Of a stretch of 64,000 nt of DNA, positions 54,301 through 64,000 are shown piece after piece (within the stretch, counting starts at the first letter, position 1; every line of letters begins with the position of its first letter). The notes beneath the pieces were generated by a model that was not told where the DNA came from, made no database searches, and was given only the letters and a program-made list of their open reading frames with translations. Origin of the DNA: Auanema rhodensis (Eukaryota; Animalia; Nematoda); assembly GCA_964057225.1 (NCBI GenBank), contig CAXKVF010000088.1, positions 149,864 through 213,863 on the forward strand, given 5' to 3'. Made by a program: the position numbers and the translations under genes.

Positions 54301-57300
54301 AATTTCAAAGTCATGGTTACCATGAACCAATATCAATAAAAATTTGTTTTTAGACTAATATGGACATGGGGAATCTAATGTTGAAAACCGCATCTCTTTA
54401 TCTTTCACGTGAAGCGAGTTACATACCAAGTGCACATCACGTTTACAATTAATTAGCATAAATTAAAGTTCACGTAAATTTCAAAGTCATGGTTACCATG
54501 AACCAATATCAATAAAAATTTGTTTTTAGACTAATATGGACATGGGGAATCTAATGTTGAAAACCGTATCTCTTTATCTTTCACGTGAAGCGAGTTACAT
54601 ACCAAGTGCACATCACGTGTACATTTAATTAGCATAAATTAAAGTTCACGTAAATTTCAAAGTCATGGTTACCATGCACCAATATCAATAAAAATTTGTT
54701 TTTAGACTAATATGGACATGGGGAATCTAATTTTGAAAACCGCATCTCTTTATCTTTCACGTGAAGCGAGTTACATACCAAGTGCACATCACGTGTACAT
54801 TTAATTAGCATAAATTAAAGTTCACGTAAATTTCAAAGTCATGGTTACCATGAAGCAATATCAATAAAAATTTGTTTTTAGACTAATATGGACATGGGGA
54901 ATCTAATGTTGAAAACCGCATCTCTTTATCTTTCACGTGAAGCGAGTTACATACCAAGTGCACATCACGTTTACAATTAATTAGCATAAATTAAAGTTCA
55001 CGTAAATTTCAAAGTCATGGTTACCATGAACCAATATCAATAAAAATTTGTTTTTAGACTAATATGGACATGGGGAATCTAATGTTGAAAACCGTATCTC
55101 TTTATCTTTCACGTGAAGCGAGTTACATACCAAGTGCACATCACGTGTACATTTAATTAGCATAAATTAAAGTTCACGTAAATTTCATAGTCATGGTTAC
55201 CATGAACCAATATCAATAAAAATTTGTTTTTAGACTAATATGGACATGGGGAATCAAATTTTGAAAACCGCATCTCTTTATCTTTCACGTGAAGCGAGTT
55301 ACATACCAAGTGCACATCACGTGTACATTTAATCAGCATAAATTAAAGTTCACGTAAATTTCAAAGTCATGGTTACCATGAACCAATATCAATACAAATT
55401 TGTTTTTAGACTAATATGGACATGGGGAATCTAATTTTGAAAACCGCATCTCTTCATCTTTCACGTGAAGCGAGTTACATACCAAGTGCACATCACGTCT
55501 AAATTTAATTAGCATAAATTAAAGTTCACGAAAATTTCAAAGTCATGGTTACCATGAACCAATATCAATAAAAATTTGTTTTTAGACTAATATGGACATG
55601 GGCAATCTAATTTTGAAAACCGCATCTCTTCATCTTTCACGTGAAGCGAGTTACATACCAAGTGCACATCACGTGTACATTTAATTAGCATAAATTAAAG
55701 TTCACGTAAATTTCAAAGTCATGGTTACCATGAACCAATATCAATAAAAATTTGTTTTTAGACTAATATGGACATGGGGAATCTAATTTTGAAAACCGCA
55801 TCTCTTCATCTTTCACGTGAAGCGAGTTACATACCAAGTGCACATCACGTGTACATTTAATTAGCATAAATTAAAGTTCACGTAAATTTCAAAGTCATGA
55901 TTACCATGAACCAATATCAATAAAAATTTGTTTTTAGACTAATATGGACATGGGGAATCTAATTTTGAAAACCGCATCTCTTTATCTTTCACGTGAAGCG
56001 AGTTACATACCAAGTGCACATCACGTGTACATTTAATTAGCATAAATTAAAGTTCACGTAAATTTCAAAGTCATGGTTACCATGCACCAATATCAATAAA
56101 AATTTGTTTTTAGACTAATATGGACATGGGGAATCTAATTTTGAAAACCGCATCTCTTTATCTTTCACGTGAAGCGAGTTACATACCAAGTGCACATCAC
56201 GTGTACATTTAATTAGCATAAATTAAAGTTCACGTAAATTTCAAAGTCATGGTTACCATGAACCAATATCAATAAAAATTTGTTTTTAGACTAATATGGA
56301 CATGGGGAATCTAATTTTGAAAACCGCATCTCTTTATCTTTCACGTGAAGCGAGTTACATACCAAGTGCACATCACGTGTACATTTAATTAGCATAAATT
56401 AAAGTTCACGTAAATTTCAAAGTCATGGTTACCATGAACCAATATCAATAAAAATTTGTTTTTAGACTAATATGGACATGGGGAATCTAATGTTGAAAAC
56501 CGTATCTCTTTATCTTTCACGTGAAGCGAGTTACATACCAAGTGCACATCACGTGTACATTTAATTAGCATAAATTAAAGTTCACGTAAATTTCAAAGTC
56601 ATGGTTACCATGAACCAATATCAATAAAAATTTGTTTTTAGACTAATATGGACATGGGGAATCAAATTTTGAAAACCGCATCTCTTTATCTTTCACGTGA
56701 AGCGAGTTACATACCAAGTGCACATCACGTGTACATTTAATCAGCATAAATTAAAGTTCACGTAAATTTCAAAGTCATGGTTACCATGAACCAATATCAA
56801 TACAAATTTGTTTTTAGACTAATATGGACATGGGGAATCTAATTTTGAAAACCGCATCACTTTATCTTTCACGTGAAGCGAGTTACATACCAAGTGCACA
56901 TCACGTGTACATTTAATTAGCATAAATTAAAGTTCACGTAAATTTCAAAGTCATGGTTACCATGCACCAATATCAATAAAAATTTGTTTTTAGACTAATA
57001 TGGACATGGGGAATCTAATGTTGAAAACCGCATCTCTTTATCTTTCACGTGAAGCGAGTTACATACCAAGTGCACATCACGTGTACATTTAATTACCATA
57101 AATTAAAGTTCACGTAAATTTCAAAGTCATGGTTACCATGAACCAATATCAATAAAAATTTGTTTTTAGACTAATATGGACATGGGGAATCTAATTTTGA
57201 AAACCGCATCTCTTTATCTTTCACGTGAAGCGAGTTACATACCAAGTGCACATCACGTGTACATTTAATTAGCATAAATTAAAGTTCACGTAAATTTCAA

Positions 57301-60300
57301 AGTCATGGTTACCATGCACCAATATCAATAAAAATTTGTTTTTAGACTAATATGGACATGGGGAATCTAATGTTGAAAACCGCATCTCTTTATCTTTCAC
57401 GTGAAGCGAGTTACATACCAAGTGCACATCACGTGTACATTTAATTAGCATAAATTAAAGTTCACGTAAATTTCAAAGTCATGGTTACCATGAACCAATA
57501 TCAATACAAATTTGTTTTTAGACTAATATGGACATGGGGAATCTAATTTTGAAAACCGCATCACTTTATCTTTCACGTGAAGCGAGTTACATACCAAGTG
57601 CACATCACGTGTACATTTATTTAGCATAAATTAAAGTTCACGTAAATTTCAAAGTCATGGTTACCATGCACCAATATTAATAAAAATTTGTTTTTAGACT
57701 AATATGGACATGGGGAATCTAATGTTGAAAACCACATCTCTTTATCTTTCACGTGAAGCGAGTTACATACCAAGTGCACATCACGTGTACATTTAATTAG
57801 CATAAATTAAAGTTCACGTAAATTTCAAAGTCATGGTTACCATGCACCAATATCAATAAAAATTTGTTTTTACACTAATATGGACATGGGGAATCTAATG
57901 TTGAAAACCGCATCTCTTTATCTTTCACGTGAAGCGAGTTACATACCAAGTGCACATCACGTGTACATTTAATTAGCATAAATTAAAGTTCACGTAAATT
58001 TCAAAGTCATGGTTACCATGAACCAATATCAATAAAAATTTGATTTAGACTAATATGGACATGGGGAATCTAATTTTGAAAACCGCATCTCTTTATCTTT
58101 CACGTGAAGCGAGTTACATACCAAGTGCACATCACGTGTACATTTAATTAGCATAAATTAAAGTTCACGTAAATTTCAAAGTCATGGTTACCATGAACTA
58201 ATATCAATAAAAATTTGTTTTTAGACTAATATGGACATGGGGAATCTAATTTTGAAAACCGCATCTCTTTATCTTTCACGTGAAGCGAGTTACATACCAA
58301 GTGCACATCACGTGTACATTTAATTAGCATAAATTAAAGTTCACGTAAATTTCAAAGTCATGGTTACCATGAACCAATATCAATAAAAATTTGTTTTTAG
58401 ACTAATATGGACATGGGGAATCTAATTTTGAAAACCGCATCTCTTTATCTTTCACGTGAAGCGAGTTACATACCAAGTGCACATCACGTGTACATTTAAT
58501 TAGCATAAATTAAAGTTCACGTAAATTTCAAAGTCATGGTTACCATGAAGCAATATCAATAAAAATTTGTTTTTAGACTAATATGGACATGGGGAATCTA
58601 ATTTTGAAAACCGCATCTCTTTATCTTTCACGTGAAGCGAGTTACATACCAAGTGCACATCACGTGTACATTTAATTAGCATTAATTAAAGTTCACGTAA
58701 ATTTCAAAGTCATGGTTACCATGAAGCAATATCAATAAAAATTTGTTTATAGACTAATATGGACATGGGGAATCTAATTTTGAAAACCGCATCTCTTTAT
58801 CTTTCACGTGAAGCGAGTTACATACCAAGTGCACATCACGTGTACATTTAATTAGCATAAATTAAAGTTCACGTAAATTTCAAAGTCATGGTTACCATGA
58901 ACCAATATCAATAAAAATTTGTTTTTAGACTAATATGGACATGGGGAATCTAATTTTGAAAACCGCATCTCTTTATCTTTCACGTGAAGCGAGTTACATA
59001 CCAAGTGCACATCACGTGTACATTTAATTAGCATAAATTAAAGTTCACGTAAATTTCAAAGTCATGGTTACCATGCACCAATATCAATAAAAATTTGTTT
59101 TTAGACTAATATGGACATGGGGAATCTAATTTTGAAAACCGCATCTCTTTATCTTTCACGTGAAGCGAGTTACATACCAAGTGCACATCACGTGTACATT
59201 TAATTAGCATAAATTAAAGTTCACGTAAATTTCAAAGTCATGGTTACCATGAACCAATATCAATAAAAATTTGTTTTTAGACTAATATGGACATGGGGAA
59301 TCTAATTTTGAAAACCGCATCTCTTTATCTTTCACGTGAAGCGAGTTACATACCAAGTGCACATCACGTGTACATTTAATTAGCATAAATTAAAGTTCAC
59401 GTAAAATTCAAAGTCATGGTTACCATGCACCAATATCAATAAAAATTTGTTTTTAGACTAATATGGACATGGGGAATCTAATTTTGAAAACCGCATCTCT
59501 TTATCTTTCACGTGAAGCGAGTTACATACCAAGTGCACATCACGTGTACATTTAATTAGCATAAATTAAAGTTCACGTAAATTTCAAAGTCATGGTTACC
59601 ATGAACCAATATCAATAAAAATTTGTTTTTAGACTAATATGGACATGGGGAATCTAATTTTGAAAACCGCATCTCTTTATCTTTCACGTGAAGCGAGTTA
59701 CATACCAAGTGCACATCACGTGTACATTTAATTAGCATAAATTAAAGTTCACGTAAATTTCAAAGTCATGGTTACCATGAACCAATATCAATAAAAATTT
59801 GTTTTTAGACTAATATGGACATGGGGAATCTAATTTTGAAAACCGCATCTCTTTATCTTTCACGTGAAGCGAGTTACATACCAAGTGCACATCACGTGTA
59901 CATTTAATTAGCATAAATTAAAGTTCACGTAAATTTCAAAGTCATGGTTACCATGAAGCAATATCAATAAAAATTTGTTTTTAGACTAATATGGACATGG
60001 GGAATCTAATTTTGAAAACCGCATCTCTTTATCTTTCACGTGAAGCGAGTTACATACCAAGTGCACATCACGTGTACATTTAATTAGCATAAATTAAAGT
60101 TCACGTAAATTTCAAAGTCATGGTTACCATGAACCAATATCAATAAAAATTTGTTTTTAGACTAATATGGACATGGGGAATCTAATTTTGAAAACCGCAT
60201 CTCTTTATCTTTCACGTGAAGCGAGTTACATAGCAAGTGCACATCACGTGTACATTTAATTAGCATTAATTAAAGTTCACGTAAATTTCAAAGTCATGGT

Positions 60301-63300
60301 TACCATGAAGCAATATCAATAAAAATTTGTTTATAGACTAATATGGACATGGGGAATCTAATTTTGAAAACCGCATCTCTTTATCTTTCACGTGAAGCGA
60401 GTTACATACCAAGTGCACATCACGTGTACATTTAATTAGCATAAATTAAAGTTCACGTAAATTTCAAAGTCATGGTTACCATGAACCAATATCAATAAAA
60501 ATTTGTTTTTAGACTAATATGGACATGGGGAATCTAATTTTGAAAACCGCATCTCTTTATCTTTCACGTGAAGCGAGTTACATAGCAAGTGCACATCACG
60601 TGTACATTTAATTAGCATTAATTAAAGTTCACGTAAATTTCAAAGTCATGGTTACCATGAAGCAATATCAATAAAAATTTGTTTATAGACTAATATGGAC
60701 ATGGGGAATCTAATTTTGAAAACCGCATCTCTTTATCTTTCACGTGAAGCGAGTTACATACCAAGTGCACATCACGTGTACATTTAATTAGCATAAATTA
60801 AAGTTCACGTAAATTTCAAAGTCATGGTTACCATGAACCAATATCAATAAAAATTTGTTTTTAGACTAATATGGACATGGGGAATCTAATTTTGAAAACC
60901 GCATCTCTTTATCTTTCACGTGAAGCGAGTTACATACCAAGTGCACATCACGTGTACATTTAATTAGCATAAATTAAAGTTCACGTAAATTTCAAAGTCA
61001 TGGTTACCATGAACCAATATCAATAACAATTTGTTTTTAGACTAATATGGACATGGGGAATCTAATTTTGAAAACCGCATCTCTTTATCTTTCACGTGAA
61101 GCGAGTTACATACCAAGTGCACATCACGTGTACATTTAATTAGCATAAATTAAAGTTCACGTAAATTTCAAAGTCATGGTTACCATGAACCAATATCAAT
61201 AAAAATTTGTTTTTAGACTAATATGGACATGGGGAATCTTATTTTGAAAACCGCATCTCTTTATCTTTCACGTGAAGCGAGTTACATACCAAGTGCACAT
61301 CACGTGTACATTTAATTAGCATAAATTAAAGTTCACGTAAATTTCAAAGTCATGGTTACCATGAAGCAATATCAATAAAAATTTGTTTTTAGACTAATAT
61401 GGACATGGGGAATCTAATTTTGAAAACCGCATCTCTTTATCTTTCACGTGAAGCGAGTTACATAGCAAGTGCACATCACGTGTACATTTAATTAGCATTA
61501 ATTAAAGTTCACGTAAATTTCAAAGTCATGGTTACCATGAAGCAATATCAATAAAAATTTGTTTATAGACTAATATGGACATGGGGAATCTAATTTTGAA
61601 AACCGCATCTCTTTATCTTTCACGTGAAGCGAGTTACATACCAAGTGCACATCACGTGTACATTTAATTAGCATAAATTAAAGTTCACGTAAATTTCAAA
61701 GTCATGGTTACCATGAACCAATATCAATAAAAATTTGTTTTTAGACTAATATGGACATGGGGAATCTAATTTGAAAACCGCATCTCTTTATCTTTCACGT
61801 GAAGCGAGTTACAATACCAAGTGCACATCACGTGTACATTTAATTAGCATAAATTAAAGTTCACGTAAATTTCAAAGTCATGGTTACCATGAACCAATAT
61901 CAATAAAAATTTGTTTTTAGACTAATATGGACATGGGGAATCTAATTTTGAAAACCGCATCTCTTTATCTTTCACGTGAAGCGAGTTACATACCAAGTGC
62001 ACATCACGTGTACATTTAATTAGCATAAATTAAAGTTTCACGTAAATTTCAAAGTCATGGTTACCATGAACCAATATCAATAAAAATTTGTTTTTAGACT
62101 AATATGGACATGGGGAATCTAATTTGAAAACCGATCTCTTTATCTTTCACGTGAAGCGAGTTACATACCAAGTGCACATCACGTGTACATTTAATTAGCA
62201 TAAATTAAAGTTCACGTAAATTTCAAAGTCATGGTTACCATGAACCAATATCAATAACAATTTGTTTTTAGACTAATATGGACATGGGGAATCTAATTTT
62301 GAAAACCGCATCTCTTTATCTTTCACGTGAAGCGAGTTACATAGCAAGTGCACATCACGTGTACATTTAATTAGCATTAATTAAAGTTCACGTAAATTTC
62401 AAAGTCATGGTTACCATGAAGCAATATCAATAAAAATTTGTTTATAGACTAATATGGACATGGGGAATCTAATTTTGAAAACCGCATCTCTTTATCTTTC
62501 ACGTGAAGCGAGTTACATACCAAGTGCACATCACGTGTACATTTAATTAGCCATAAATTAAAGTTCACGTAAATTTCAAGTCATGGTTACCATGAAGCAA
62601 TATCAATAAAAATTTGTTTTTAGACTAATATGGACATGGGGAATCTAATTTTGAAAACCGCATCTCTTTATCTTTCACGTGAAGCGAGTTACATAGCAAG
62701 TGCACATCACGTGTACATTTAATTAGCATTAATTAAAGTTCACGTAAATTTCAAAGTCATGGTTACCATGAAGCAATATCAATAAAAATTTGTTTATAGA
62801 CTAATATGGACATGGGGAATCTAATTTGAAACCGCATCTCTTTATCTTTCACGTGAAGCGAGTTACATACCAAGTGCACATCACGTGTACATTTAATTAG
62901 CATAAATTAAAGTTCACGTAAATTTCAAAGTCATGGTTACCATGAAACCAATATCAATAAAAATTTGTTTTTAGACTAATATGGACATGGGGAATCTAAT
63001 TTTGAAACCGCATCTCTTTATCTTTCACGTGAAGCGAGTTACATACCAAGTGCACATCACGTGTACATTTAATTAGCATAAATTAAAGTTCACGTAAATT
63101 TCAAAGTCATGGTTAACCATGAACAATATCAATAACAATTTGTTTTTAGACTAATATGGACATGGGGAATCTAATTTTGAAACCGCATCTCTTTATCTTT
63201 CACGTGAAGCGAGTTACATACCAAGTGCACATCACGTGTACATTTAATTAGCATAAATTAAAGTTCACGTAAATTTCAAAGTCATGGTTACCATGAAGCA

Positions 63301-64000
63301 ATCTCAATAAAAATTTGTTTTTAGACTAATATGGACATGGGGAATCTATTTTGAAACCGCATCTCTTTATCTTTCACGTGAAGCGAGTTACATAGCAAGT
63401 GCACATCACGTGGTACATTTAATTAGCATAAAATTAAAGTTCACGTAAATTTCAAAGTCATGGTTACCATGAAGCAATATCAATAAAAATTGTTTATAGA
63501 CTAATATGGGACATGGGGAATCTAATTTTGAAACCGCATCTCTTTATCTTTCACGTGAAGCGAGTTACATACCAAGTGCACATCACGTGTACATTTAATT
63601 AGCATAAATTAAAGTTCACGTAAATTTCAAAGTCATGGTTACCATGAACCAATATCAATAAAAATTTGTTTTTAGACTAATATGGACATGGGGAATCTAA
63701 TTTGAAAACCGCATCTCTTTATCTTTCACGTGAAGCGAGTTACATACCAAGTGCACATCACGTGTACATTTAATTAGCATAAATTAAAGTTCACGTAAAT
63801 TTCAAAGTCATGGTTACCATGAACCAATATCAATAAAAATTTGTTTTTAGACTAATATGGACATGGGGAAATCTAATTTTGAAACCGCATCTCTTTTATC
63901 TTTCACGTGAAGCGAAGTTACATACCAAGTGCACATCACGTGTACATTTAATTAGCATAATTAAAGTTCACGTAAATTTCAAAAGTCATGGTTACCATGA
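39304..64000. repeat. 176-bp satellite array, block 3 (~140 monomers)
   Basis: Same monomer; richer in variants, with local higher-order duplications. Confidence 0.99.

Noticed and set aside
61770-64000. Burst of 1-bp indels suggesting array degeneration
   Set aside because: Scattered, mostly homopolymer indels are more consistent with low-coverage consensus error

Overview
Eukaryotic heterochromatic or centromere-like region; the host cannot be identified from the sequence. About 55 kb is a highly homogeneous head-to-tail 176-bp AT-rich satellite (about 312 monomers in three blocks). Two related but clearly distinct CR1-group non-LTR retrotransposons (APE endonuclease + RT) interrupt it: a near full-length copy on the minus strand (13479-18647) and a 5'-truncated copy on the plus strand (35370-39303). 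Both have an uninterrupted ORF2. Comparing them shows: (1) an identical UCC_UUU_CGU-stop cassette ending ORF1 with ORF2 in the +1 frame, i.e. the influenza PA-X-type +1 frameshift motif, and in element 2 ORF2 has no AUG before the end of its endonuclease domain; (2) both 5' junctions are tandem reiterations of the last 17-20 nt of element sequence, in element 2 demonstrably made from internal ORF1 sequence; (3) a ~150-nt covarying multi-stem RNA structure in the 3' UTR; (4) tail-less 3' ends; (5) insertion sites about 20 bp apart within the same dyad of the satellite monomer.
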